64,000 bases of DNA from Monocercomonoides exilis PA203 (taxonomy: Eukaryota; Protista; Preaxostyla). Position numbers and translations under genes: made by a program. This document shows, one piece after another, positions 52,509 through 64,000 of this stretch (within the stretch, counting starts at the first letter, position 1; each line of letters starts with the position of its first letter). The DNA lies in contig LSRY02000004.1 of assembly GCA_001643675.2 (NCBI GenBank), positions 2,046,001 to 2,110,000 on the forward strand, in the 5' to 3' direction. The notes under the pieces were generated by a model. The model saw only the letters and a program-made list of their open reading frames with translations, did not search any database and was not told where the DNA came from.

Positions 52509-53484
52509 TTATTCTCCTGCAGATGCTCGCTTATTCATGAAAAACATGCCAATTTGTGATGAAGGAAGAGCATCCCTTGTCATTCCATCTATCTCTTGAA
52601 CATTCATCTGTTCAAAGAGAATGTCATAGCCTTGTTGTGTAACACCGTCATTCCTCCTCAAATCGACGATTTCTAATGAATGAGAAAATGGACTTTTTTC
52701 CATTGATTGAATTGATTCATCCATGACATTTCCATTTCCAATTATCAATTTTCTTAATTTAGCACATTTTGCCTCTTCAAGAGCTGCAAAGGTATCATTA
52801 CACGCAAATAAAGGATCGAATTCTGCAATTAGTTCTTCGAGTTCTTCGCAGTTTTCTGCTAGAGTCTTTGCAAGCGATGAATCAACATTTGTGCACAAAG
52901 AAATGTTTAGATGCTTCAGTTTTGGGCATTGCTTTAATATTAAAGCAACACCATCAGCTGTAAATTTTGTATTATCTCCGATTACTAAATGGTTGAGCTC
53001 GGATAATTTTGAAATGTGTCGAAGAGCTGAAAGAAAAGAAGATGAGAAAAAAACGATTATTTTCAAAAAAAAAAAATATCACACCCATGTTATGAAGGCC
53101 TAAGCAGTTCCATACATTCACTTTTTGAAGATGTGGACAAACTTCTACAAGTTCTTCGATCATATTATCGGTTAAATACAAAGAATGAGAAAGATTAATG
53201 CTCTTGATATTTGGATGACCTGAAGCGATGATTGACATTTTAAATAGTCCATAAATAAAAATAAACAGATATAAAAAATAAGGCAAACGTCTTATAAAAG
53301 CGCTGAATTTTGATCTGTCTTCAATACTTGAAATAACGATTGGTGGAGGATGAGACATGCATTTTCCAACTTTAAGTGAAATTATCTTCGAAACTTTCCT
53401 CAAAGAATATACATCACGATAATCCAATTTCTCTATGATTGCGTCCAATATGTTTTCAGGTAAAGAAGAAAAGCAGTTCTCCAT
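52509..53484 (-). CDS. F-box/LRR protein (FBXL-type), about 3 exons
   Basis: F-box FSSLPENILDAIIEKLDYRDVYSLRKVSK, plus Cys-containing LRRs (CPHLQKVNVWNC, CPKLKHLNISLC, CEELEELI). Confidence 0.85.
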
Positions 53485-53565
53485 GAAATCAAAACAAAAA
53501 TTATCACCAAAGACCCATAGCATTTTTTATTATACGAATATTTTTTTTCGCCTGTTGTGTTTTAA

Positions 53566-56500
53566 ATGGAACGTAAAGTCAACAAAAATGATATTTGGAT
53601 ACTTGGTAATAAATATAGTAAAACGACTTCACATCTTTTAGAAAGAGCTGAAGGAAATCTTAGCCCAATTCCGCACACTTACCAAGATATGCTAAAATCC
53701 CGCTTGTGGATCACTTATAGAAAGGATTATCAACCAATTATTCCATCAAAATTTACATCTGATCGTGGGTGGGGATGCGTTCATCGCACATCACAAATGA
53801 TGTTTGCCGAAGCACTTATTCGCTTGGAACCTTATCGCCGCTCGTATACAGGACAAATTGATGAACGAGAAATTTTACAATATTTTCTTGACACTCAAGA
53901 GGCAATTTTTTCTATCCATAATATTGCTCAAGGTGGAATGCATATTGGAAAACGAATTGGTCAGTGGTTTTCTCCTTCTGATTCGGCTAGAGTGTTCGAA
54001 AATATTACAAGCAAATACAATGATGAAAGATTCCCGATTATTATTCGAGCAGTTGACTGCACATTAATTGCAGATGAAATACTCCAGAAAATGCGGGATG
54101 CGGAAAGTCGACGTTTTTCTCAATCATTTGTACGCGCTTCTGATTCAAGAAAGCATTTTAAAATTGACGAGCATAAGGCATCTGAATCAATTCAAAATCT
54201 GGCAGCATTACAACCAAAGCAGAATTGGTTTCGTCGGATATTTGATGGAACATACCTCGATCATTTTTTACCAAATATTCCGTTATTGAACAGGATTGGA
54301 AGTCCTTCATCTTCCTCAAAAGAAGATGCCCAAAAGGCTACCGAGAAAAAATTGGAGACTATAACCATAGACGAGAGCGATCTCGATGAATGGGAAGATG
54401 TTTCAAACACATCGTGCCTGATAATCCGATCATCAAATCCGACAAACTCCAAACAATCATTTAGTGCTGAAAAATCACTAGAGGAAAGAAACTTTGTTGA
54501 AATTCCTCCGTCCCCTTCAGATCCTCCAAATCATTTTATCATCAAGCCACACAAGCCTACCCCGAAGAGCAAAACATCTTCCAACAGTCCGTCATCTTCA
54601 GATGCTTCACAGAAAAGTCATCCTCAAAGCAGTTCTTCTGACAATCACAACTTCTTTTCTATTCTTTCTCCAAACAAACCGTCAAAAAGCGGTGCTGCGC
54701 CAACAGTTGTGTCTCCGCTTGACTCGACACAGCCGAACATTGCAAATCAGATCAGAATAGCACAGACTCCATCGACAATATTGGAGAGTGCTATGCACAA
54801 ACAAGGGGAGAAAGAGAAAGTGAGATGGAAGGAAGATGAGCTTGCAAAGGGAGGAATGAGAGAAAACATGAAAGAAAACTCTCTTTCAAATGGGAAATCT
54901 GATTTAAAGTACAAAAATATCAATAAAGAAACAAAAGAGACCAAAGGAAAACATGCTAACGATCTTCGTTCATTGCTTTCTATGAAGAATGCATCAAACA
55001 AAGATGCGAGTCAAAAGATTGAACAAGATAATTGTTTGCGCAATGATGGTGAGAAAGCAGCATATCAGTTCCAGAAGAACAGAGAAGAGACGAAGAAAAC
55101 AAATGAGAATATGAAGACTGCATCCAACATTTCTACGTCCAATCCTTCTTCTGCCTTCCAACACTCACCGAACAATTCCATGTCTTCAATCGAATTTGTG
55201 TCCTGTTCTCCTTCTCCTCCTTCTCATTCGCAACCACAAAACTCCCATTGCACTTCCACCCATCCTTCTCCACACAGCTCAACCGAATGCTTTGAGCTAG
55301 TCGAGCTTGATGTCGATGGAGGGTTGTCTAAGCCATTGGGGCAGTCGTTCTTTGAGGGTGCTTCTCTGTGCTCTCTGAACGACATCTGCCTCTCCTCTCC
55401 CCTCAGCCACTCAGACAGCACAGTCAAGCTGGTGAGTGCGGAGAACAAGAAAGTTGTGTCTTCTCAATTGAATGAGAATTCTTCAGATGTTGCAGCTGAT
55501 GGCTCTTCATCATTGGTAGATGCGAAGGATGATGATTATGATATCGAAGTGGATCTGGATGAAGATTGTGTTGTACTATCCAATCCACTCAAAGATGAAG
55601 AGAAAGAGGTCTCAAATGAGAGTGTGCATATGAATAGCAATGAGACAAGCAATACTGTTAAGAGAGAAACACTTGCTGCTTCACCTTCACTCGCTTCTCC
55701 TTCATCTGCCATTTACAGAGGCAGAAAGGAGCCCTGTGGAAGAGACAAGGAAGAAGATGGCGATAGGCAAAAGAAAGGAAAGAATGCAATTTTGAATTCT
55801 GAAACAGAATCAGCAAATCAGTCAGCAATGAATGTGTCAATGTTATCAACAGCTTCATCTGCTTCTGATTCTTCTGATTCTTCTTCGAGCTCACTTGGCT
55901 CGATCAAGCTGTCCCCTCCTCTTTCTCCCCCCATCGACCCCAATGCTCCTTCCACGAAGCGAAGAAAGAAGAGGCCCAAAGTGAATCTTTTGGAGGCAGC
56001 AACAACTCCATTCATTATGAGCGATGAAATCTCATCTCCTGCCAAGTCTCCTTCTTCTCACAAAGCGAATTCTGAATGTGCTTCGCCCGATTCCTCTTCT
56101 TCTCGCTCAACACCTCCTCTTCCACTGGGATTTGTGCAAACTTCTCAAAATGCTCATAACAAAGAGGAAAAGAATGCATCTTCTTCTCTTTCGAATGCAT
56201 TGCAGTCTCCTCTCACTCAACCAGATGAGTCAGACTTGAATGATTCATGCAGCAGCTTGCTTATGTCATCTCCACTCTCTTCTCCTCTTTCTCCGCCGTC
56301 TTCTCTTTCTGATTCTCCTTCTTCCATTACCACATCCACTTCATCCCCATCATCATCAACTTCTTCTTCTCCTTCCTCTCATTCCTCTCCTTCCTCCACC
56401 TCTTCTTCTTCTCCTTCTCCACCACTAACAGTCAAACCCAAAATTGCCCCCAATCTTCTCACTTCTTTTGTTGCCTCAGCGACAGTTCCAGTCAGATGGA

Positions 56501-57573
56501 TAGAGCAGCAGCAGCAGAAGAGAAGGAGCACAGAAGAGACTGAGAGACACAACAGAATTGATGAACATTCTCATTCAAATAGAGAGACAGGCAATAAAAG
56601 CAATAAAAGCAATAAAAACAGTGAAGAAATTGAAACAAATAGAAACAATGAAAACAATAAGACACCTTCTCTTCTCTCTCCAATCAGCAGAATTGGCTTT
56701 AACAGCCCGCAGTTTTCTCCATTTTCGTCGTTTGTGTCGTTCAACACACCTCCTTCTATTTCTGATTCACAACATCATGTGAAGCTATCTTCGTCTATTC
56801 GCTCTTTTTATTCACCACAATCATCTTGTTCATCTTCTTCTCTTTGTCCTTCTTCTTCTCCTTCCTCTTCTTCCTCTCCTCCCCCATCTTCTTATTTGCT
56901 AGCATCTCAATCTTCTCTTTCTCTCCACACACCGAAATCTTCTTCTTCTCCCTCTCCTTCTTCTTCTTTCATATCATCAACATCTTCTTCACTTCGCGTT
57001 CCTGCTTCCACCAAATGTCATACTGAACATTCAAGTGAATCATCATTGGCTTCTTCTTTTTCATCATCTACTTCATCATCATCATCTTCTTCATCTTCTT
57101 CTTCTCTCTCATCTACTCATTATTCTTCTTCTTCCTCCTCTTCTTCTTCTCTTCGCCCCTCTGCTGTCAGCTGGACGCCTCTCATTGTCCTCATCCCCAT
57201 GCGTCTTGGCCTCTCTTCTGTCGACTCTTCAGTCATCCCCTCTTTCCTCTCTCTCTTCACCCTCCCTTGGTCTCTGGGCTTTGTTGGAGGGAAACCACGT
57301 CGCTCTTTCTGGTTTGTCGGGTGCAGCAGCTCTTCTCTGTTTTATCTCGATCCACACACCACACAACGCGCAGCTGTCGATGCGAGGAATATTCCGCTGG
57401 AGACCTTTCATCAGAATTCTGTCAAGGAAATCGACATCAAAAACATTGATCCTTCCACAATGGCATGTTTCTTGCTGCCAACTTACAATGACTTTGTCGA
57501 GTTCTGCAGCGCTGTGCAAGAAATGAATAACCCTCTCTTCACAATCATCGACCACAAATCTTCACGATGGTGA
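53566..57573 (+). CDS. ATG4: ATG4 cysteine protease (peptidase C54) with ~1000-aa Ser-rich insertion
   Basis: RLWITYRK, SDRGWGC (catalytic Cys 53776), SIHNI and GQWFSPS lie before the insert. LIVLIPMRLG, GGKPRRSFWFVG, YLDPH (Asp/His 57349-57357) and IDPS lie after it. Confidence 0.92.
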   Translation: MERKVNKNDIWILGNKYSKTTSHLLERAEGNLSPIPHTYQDMLKSRLWITYRKDYQPIIPSKFTSDRGWGCVHRTSQMMFAEALIRLEPYRRSYTGQIDEREILQYFLDTQEAIFSIHNIAQGGMHIGKRIGQWFSPSDSARVFENITSKYNDERFPIIIRAVDCTLIADEILQKMRDAESRRFSQSFVRASDSRKHFKIDEHKASESIQNLAALQPKQNWFRRIFDGTYLDHFLPNIPLLNRIGSPSSSSKEDAQKATEKKLETITIDESDLDEWEDVSNTSCLIIRSSNPTNSKQSFSAEKSLEERNFVEIPPSPSDPPNHFIIKPHKPTPKSKTSSNSPSSSDASQKSHPQSSSSDNHNFFSILSPNKPSKSGAAPTVVSPLDSTQPNIANQIRIAQTPSTILESAMHKQGEKEKVRWKEDELAKGGMRENMKENSLSNGKSDLKYKNINKETKETKGKHANDLRSLLSMKNASNKDASQKIEQDNCLRNDGEKAAYQFQKNREETKKTNENMKTASNISTSNPSSAFQHSPNNSMSSIEFVSCSPSPPSHSQPQNSHCTSTHPSPHSSTECFELVELDVDGGLSKPLGQSFFEGASLCSLNDICLSSPLSHSDSTVKLVSAENKKVVSSQLNENSSDVAADGSSSLVDAKDDDYDIEVDLDEDCVVLSNPLKDEEKEVSNESVHMNSNETSNTVKRETLAASPSLASPSSAIYRGRKEPCGRDKEEDGDRQKKGKNAILNSETESANQSAMNVSMLSTASSASDSSDSSSSSLGSIKLSPPLSPPIDPNAPSTKRRKKRPKVNLLEAATTPFIMSDEISSPAKSPSSHKANSECASPDSSSSRSTPPLPLGFVQTSQNAHNKEEKNASSSLSNALQSPLTQPDESDLNDSCSSLLMSSPLSSPLSPPSSLSDSPSSITTSTSSPSSSTSSSPSSHSSPSSTSSSSPSPPLTVKPKIAPNLLTSFVASATVPVRWIEQQQQKRRSTEETERHNRIDEHSHSNRETGNKSNKSNKNSEEIETNRNNENNKTPSLLSPISRIGFNSPQFSPFSSFVSFNTPPSISDSQHHVKLSSSIRSFYSPQSSCSSSSLCPSSSPSSSSSPPPSSYLLASQSSLSLHTPKSSSSPSPSSSFISSTSSSLRVPASTKCHTEHSSESSLASSFSSSTSSSSSSSSSSSLSSTHYSSSSSSSSSLRPSAVSWTPLIVLIPMRLGLSSVDSSVIPSFLSLFTLPWSLGFVGGKPRRSFWFVGCSSSSLFYLDPHTTQRAAVDARNIPLETFHQNSVKEIDIKNIDPSTMACFLLPTYNDFVEFCSAVQEMNNPLFTIIDHKSSRW

Positions 57574-58312
57574 TTGCATTGAGAATTTGTTGGTTTTTAT
57601 TGGTTTTTCTTCTTTCTCTTTTAATTTTAGTAATGTTTGCGGTTGTTATTTGTTTATGTATTTCAGTATTATATTTAATTCTACAATGTTTTGAAAAGCG
57701 GCTTTTTTGCAGTTGCTGCATTATTTCGAGTTTTATTTTGTTTTTTTAATGCTTTCTTTAATGCAAAGGAAATTAAAAGAAAATGAAAGACATTTCTTTT
57801 CTGAATTCTTATTAATCTTTGATTATCAGTTTATAATTCTTGAAAGAAATCTATGTTGCGAAAATCAAAATTTACGATTTCAATTCGTGAGAAGTATATT
57901 TTAACAAAAAAGCTAGTTATATTAAAAAATTCACAAACATATCATTCAGAAACCATTATTAATAACATTATAAGATCATTATATTCATTCATTTTTTCTT
58001 GTTTTAGATGATTACCGAGAAAATTAAAAATGTACCACATGCATTTGATGGTTTTATTCTTTTATTGGGAACATTCATTTCATTTCACATGTTATCCATT
58101 TTTATTTATGAATGAATGCTTATTATTAATTTAAATATGATAATAAAAAAAATACAGGAATACAAACAGGCCATAACCGCCAATCGAACAACACTTCTAT
58201 AGGGGATTCATCTTTATCAGAACTAAATCAAGATAATTGTTTGTTTTTGAAGAAAATTTTAAAAATTCAGTTTTGTTAAATAAAATAAACATATGTTCAT
58301 AAATTTAAATAG

Positions 58313-60960
58313 CTCCATTTGGTGGAATATCTGTTTCTCTTACGTCAAATGTTACAAGATCCGAGGAAAACAAAACAAAGAATTCCGATTCCGATGATGA
58401 ATTTGGCGACTTTGAAGATGATTTAGAAGTTCTTTCAACAGAAGCAGTTCTTTTAGAACAAATGTTGGACGAAGACGATTGGAAAGAGTATTATAAACAA
58501 AAAATTGAAGAAAATGCGGAAAAAATGAGGAAGAAATTGAAAATGAACGAAAAAGAGTTGGAAAAAGAAAAAGAAAGAGAAATGCAAGAAAGAGCAAAAG
58601 GCTCAGGAAAAGGAATTTCTGTAAAGGAGTACACACAATTATTTTCGAATGTGTCTAACCAAGCAGAAGATGAAAAAGAGAAGGAAGACGAAGAGGAAGA
58701 AGATGCCGAAAAAATGAGGGAGATGGATAAAGCTGCGCTTCCAAAAATAAGAAGAGCTTCTTCTGCTTCTTCAACTCATCAAACAACAGGCTCTGCTGCA
58801 GGAGTGTCAAAACCTGCTGTCCCACAAATTGATAAAATTTGGGATTTTCGTTCGAAAATACCTCGCATTCTGTTTATTCGACCAATAAAACTTGTAAGTT
58901 GGATGCTGCAGGAGAAGAACAAATTCGACATTATGGGTATTTTCCTCTTCTCGTTCAGATATTGGTGGGATGGAACCAGATTAATGAAGGAATTGACATC
59001 ACTTTGGGATAAAGCGTCAGGCCAGTCAAGAAAAGAGCCAGATAACAAAAACGACGCCATGCTTATTCGAAGCAGCAGCTCTTCTACTTCACACTCTCCT
59101 CCGCCAATCATCACTCACACACATTCTTCTATGCCCACATCTCCAACGACACCAACCTCTTCTTCCTTTGCTGGCTCTCCATCGCCGTCATCCTCAGCTG
59201 CTTCAGCCAGTTCGTCAATGAACACACAGAAATACTTGATGAAGCTCAACATTTCTGTGCTGCTGTTCAGACTGGCCAGAGATTACAGCGACATCTACGA
59301 GATATGGGAGAGGAGAGAAGAAGAAAGACATGCGAATAAAAAGAAAGAGACTCAAAGTGATATTCAAAATGGAGTGAAGGAGCAGACTGCACGAGAGTTA
59401 TTTGACAGGCTTGTTGACAGAATTGAGGAAGAAGAAGAGAAATTAGCTGCAGTTGTTGTGCGGATACGAGAAGTGGTGAAGCAAAGAGACAAAGAATGGA
59501 GAAGGAGAATGAGAAGAATCCGAAAACAGAGCGAAAGAAAAGCGCTATCAGAAACATCCACAAATACAGTCACAGACACAACAAATGAACAAAAATTATC
59601 ATTTTCACTTGCAAATGATTCAGAAGCGATCAAAGCCCAAGAGCGCAAACAGCAGCTGAAGCGCTATTTGTACCCAGCAGCGCGCCATCCCGAGCAGATT
59701 GTGCCGAAAAAGCTGGCGCAGATTCTGACGCAGCAGGAGACACAGCTGTTTTCGCAGCTGACGTTTGGTGAGTTTGTGGGGTGTGCGTGGATGGAGGAGA
59801 AGAACAAGGTGAGGGAGAAGAAGGCGCCGGTCATCTGCGAAATGACTGAGAGGAGCAACAGACTGACGAGGTGTGTGGCGTGGATGATATTGTGCGATCC
59901 AGAGGCAGATGCAGAGGCAGTTGATGACAGGAGAGGGAAGAAAGAGACAGAAGAGAATGTAGAAGATGGAATAAATGATTCAGCAAAATCAGTTACTTTT
60001 TCTTCTTCTTCTTCCTCTTCTTCTTCTTCCCGTCTTCATCTGGATCCTTCTTCGATGAAGCGTCGTGTGCAGCTGGTTGAGAAGCTACTGGCAGTTGAGC
60101 AGTGTCTGATTGAGAGGGGCAATTTTATGAGTGCGTCTTCTGTCTTCATGGGCATCACCATCTCGTATGTGAAGAGGATAATGGAGAGCAGCGATGTGAA
60201 GGCGATGAAGGAGGTTGGGGCAGAGGTGAAGAGGGTGCTGGAAGGGAAGGAGATGAAAGAGCTGGAAGGGATGTTTTCTGTGCTGAAGCAGGAGCAGACG
60301 ATGAAGATGCTAAATGGATTCCATTCCCCTTTGATTCCACCTATTCCATTTTATTTGAAGTCGCTTTTTCTGAAGGCGACAGCGCTGACAATGGTGGAGT
60401 TTGATGAGGAGCAGAACGGGGCAAAGGAGAAGGAGAAGGAGAAGGAGGAAAGCGAGAAAAAGAGTGAAGGGAAAGAAGGAGAGAAAGAGATAGAGAAGGA
60501 GAAAGAAGAAGAAGAAGCAAAGAAAGAAGCGAAGAGGAAGAGGAAAGCGGAGATGAAGGCGAATGACCAGTTTTGGGTGAATTGGAGGAATTGCGAGATG
60601 CTCTTCAGGATTGTGGAAGGGCTGAAGTATCATGCGACTTTGCTGAAGGAGCACACGACACTCACAAAAAAGGAAAGAAAAAGATGGACAGCAAATACAT
60701 CAGCTGCTAATACTGCTTCTGCCGTGAGTGGGAATCAGAATGTGACACAGATGTCATCATCATCAACTTCATCATCATCTTCTTCTTCTCCTTTTTCTTT
60801 GAGCGAAGGAGTTGGAAATGAGAAAGGGAAGGGGAAAGAAGAGAATTGTGCTGATGCTTCAAATGCAGATGATTTTGAGTATGTTGACTGTGGAGACGAA
60901 GAAGAAGAAGAAGAAGGAGTTGGAGAAGATGTTGGAGTGGATGATGTTAATGATGAATTC

Positions 60961-60998
<38 letters not shown>

Positions 60999-63354
60999 GT
61001 TTGATGAATCTGAAAGTGAAAGTGAAAGTTGCAGTGGACAAAACAAGATGACATTTGAAGAGAAAATACATTCATTGACACAAAAACATCAACATAACAG
61101 TTCAATTGAACCAGAAAGCAGGAAAAATGAAAAGCAAAACATTTCAGATTCACAAAGTCTTCTGAATGAATCGAAAGAAGAGAACAAATCCGTTCAAATG
61201 AAAGCGAAGCTGATTGGACAGCAATTGGCAAATAACAAGAGAACAAACAACACACAAACAGGAACTGATCTCAAAGAAAATGAAATTTCCACACAAAAAA
61301 CAGATATTTTCACAACCCTTTCAGAGAAAATCAAAGAAAAGCGCTTGAAAAGACGAATGGAAAAGGCCAAGTTGCTTGCAAAGCCCAAACTGAGTTCCAA
61401 AAATGAGATGTTTCTGTGGGCGATGAGACTTCCAGAGATAAGCGATGCAGATCTGAAGGAGCTGTCACACTCACTTGTGCCATACAGACAATACGGACAG
61501 TCAACAGACACAGCAAATGCTTCATTGAATGCAAAGGGAATATCTTCATTAGCATCATCATTCTCTTCTTCTTCTTCTCCTTCTCCTTCTTCATTATCTT
61601 CATCTTCATTAACATCATCACGTTTATCTCCTCTTCAGAGAACATCCACTTCTTTAGCGCTTACTCATTCTCACTCACATTCTCCTTCTCCACAAAAGAC
61701 ATCACCACATTCAAATATCAACCATCCCCATTGGACTCCTACACTCATATCGTCTTCATCCACAACAGCTTCTGCTTCTTCTTCCTCTTCTTCCTCTTCT
61801 TCCTCTTCCATTTCGCCTTCAAAAACCTCATCTTCTCCTTTATCTTCTCATTCTTCTTCCATTTCTTCTTCTTCTTCTTCTTCTTCTTCTCCTTCACAAC
61901 AACACATAAGCATTCATTCTCCATCTGCTTCCTTTAAGCCTTCAATGAGACTCACTCCATTCGACTGCCATTTTCTCTCTCTTCTTTCTCCTCCAAACAG
62001 AAAAATGTATCTCAAATTGCTTCTCAAAAACAAAAACATTAATATTAAAACTTCTTCTTCTTCTTCTTCTTCATCTTCTCCTTTATCTTCTCCCTTATCC
62101 TCTCATACTTCTTCTTCTTCTTCCTTTTCCTCTTCTTCTTCCTCCTCCTCCTCTTCTTCTTCTCTTCCCTTCCATCCTCCTTTCCACAGCCGAAGACAAA
62201 GTTTCCCTCTCTTTTCACGCTGTCTTCTGAACGATCTCTCAAAAAGCTTTCTTTCTCATCTACTTTCAAATTATGTATTTTATAAGTCAGATTCCGAAAT
62301 GGAACCTGCCAATGCTTCTTCACATCCATCTCATCCACACACAACAACACCTTCTTCTCCTTCTTCTCCTTCTTCCTCTTCCTCAATCAACCAAACTCCT
62401 TTTTTCTCTTCTGTCACATCCTCTTCCTCCTCCTCATCTGCCTCTTCCTCTTCTCCTCTTTCTCCTCTTTCTCCTCCTTCACAATCTCCTTTCCTTTCCT
62501 CCTCTTCTTCTGTTTCGTTTCGCTCCCGCGCCTTTTCAAGTCCTCCTCCTCCTTCCTTCTGCAAATCTATCTCTTCTTCTTCTTCTTCTTCTTCTTCTTC
62601 TTCTTCTTCTTCTCTTAACACGTCAAATACTTTTCTTCATTCACCTCCTTCTCCTTCTTCTCCTTCTCATTCTCCTTTATCATTTTCTTCTTCTTCTTCT
62701 TCTTCTTCTCTTCCTCCTCCTTCTCAGCCTCTCCCTCTCTCTTCCCTCGCAGTCAGTTCTAAGCCCTCAACACGCACATCTTCTTTCTCTTCTCTCAGAC
62801 AAAATCCATTTGCCTCACGTGGACTGGCCCCTTCTTCTTCTTTTCCTTCTCTCCCTCATTCTGCTAAGATATCTTCTTCTTCTCCTTCTTTTCCTCCTTC
62901 TTCTTCTCATCTTTCACATAGCCCACTTGCTGTTAGCAGAACAGTTCAATCAGAAAGACTTACTCATTCTTCTTCTCCATTTTCTTCTTCTCCTCTTTCT
63001 CTTTCTTCTTCTTCTTCTTCTTCTTCTTCTTCTTTTGCAACTGCAAAATCCAATTCTTCATCTCCCAATTCATTCTCTTCTTATTCCCATCCCTTTTATT
63101 CCTCTTCTCTCTTCCTCTCTTTCCGCCCCCTTTCAAAAGATATGCCAACACCCAATTTTCACTCATTTTACAACAGAAATGACTCCAACAGCACCTCCGC
63201 CTTTGAAGAGGCGCTTGAGAATTATGTTTATGAGGGCATAAAAAGACAAGTGAATATGCCTCTTAAAAATAGCAGCAGAACATTGCTTGAAAGAGAAGCA
63301 GTGCCTGCTCGCCCTGTTTCTGTACCTCCATGGAATATTTCTTCCTTGTGTTAA
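58313..63354 (+). CDS. RasGEF (REM + CDC25-homology) protein with Ser-rich tail; small upstream exons likely from ~57.9 kb
   Basis: REM-like FLFSFRYWWD. CDC25 motifs LAQILTQQETQLFSQL, APVICEMTERSNRLTRCVAWMIL, RVQLVEKLL, NFMSASSVFMGI, PLIPPIPFYL and VNWR. The frame is open upstream of 58462 to an AG acceptor at about 58312. Confidence 0.85.
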
Positions 63355-63880
63355 TATTTTTATAAAGAGTTGATCTTTTTTATAATTATTAGTTTATAAA
63401 ATTGTTAAGTTTATTTTTATATTATATTTCTGTTATATGGGCTACTTGTTATATTTTTGAGCAATTATTGTTAATAAGATTTGTTTGTATTTTCCTAAAA
63501 TTGTGAGATCTGCATGCAAATTTCCTTTTTTTTCGATAAGTCCTAAAATGTAAATCATATTAAAAAGCATATGCTTTTGAATAATTGTTTTGCGTTATTT
63601 TTTTCCCATGACAATAATTAAGCAAATACCAAAAATTGCAAAAATGATTTTATATTGGATTCCTTATTCTCACAATTTAAAGTTAAAATCAAAGTGACAC
63701 AATTCCTTGGATAGTCTTTTGTTTGGATAATAACGAAAATTTGAACCTTTTTGAGTTCTTCAAAGAAGTTCAATTAAGTTTTTCGAATAAATGTCAATTC
63801 AACAATTATGGAGAAATTACTGTCTTTTTTCAAAATTTCAAAAAAAGGGAATTATCGTAGATTTTTGGAAAAAGTAAAAA

Positions 63881-64000
63881 ATGAGTTCAGAGGGGCAAAT
63901 TGCAGTCGAGGAGATTATGGACGAATCTGCACACCAAAGTCTTGTTGTAAAAGCGGTTTATGATGAAGAAGAAGGTTTGGTTACTGCGAATTTGAGAAGA
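63881..64000 (+). CDS. 5' fragment of a gene truncated by the window end
   Basis: ATG after an A-rich leader; MSSEGQIAVEEIMDESAHQSLVVKAVYDEEEGLVTANLRR is open to the end. Confidence 0.5.
   Translation, partial: MSSEGQIAVEEIMDESAHQSLVVKAVYDEEEGLVTANLRR

Noticed and set aside
54100-57170. Intein or long intron as the explanation for the ATG4 insertion
   Set aside because: No intein terminal or homing-endonuclease motifs; 3 kb without a stop and the Ser-rich composition match other coding low-complexity regions.

Overview
AT-rich, intron-containing eukaryotic genomic DNA, not prokaryotic. Short GT-AG introns, (TCT)n-driven Ser-rich proteins and a remembered expanded gene family suggest an oxymonad such as Monocercomonoides; this is inference and was not checked by search. 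The window holds about 16 protein-coding genes: an MST/Hippo-like STE20 kinase, an enolase-4-like pseudoenzyme, cytosolic HSP70, a TM9SF/EMP70 protein, a BSD protein, a PHO80-type cyclin, a CELF/Bruno-like RRM protein, an F-box/LRR protein, ATG4, a RasGEF and several unknowns. It also holds degraded gene copies. The strongest unexplained signal is a DNA-transposon system: an apparently intact five-exon Sola-like DDD transposase gene, two 410-bp copies of a palindromic MITE family (one with perfect 182-bp arms), and a nested cluster of two further TIR elements upstream of the kinase. Other notable points are very large Ser-rich insertions inside conserved folds (ATG4 catalytic triad split by about 1000 aa), five tight head-to-head gene pairs and frequent GTTTG 5' splice sites. 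I recognised no rRNA, tRNA or CRISPR array.
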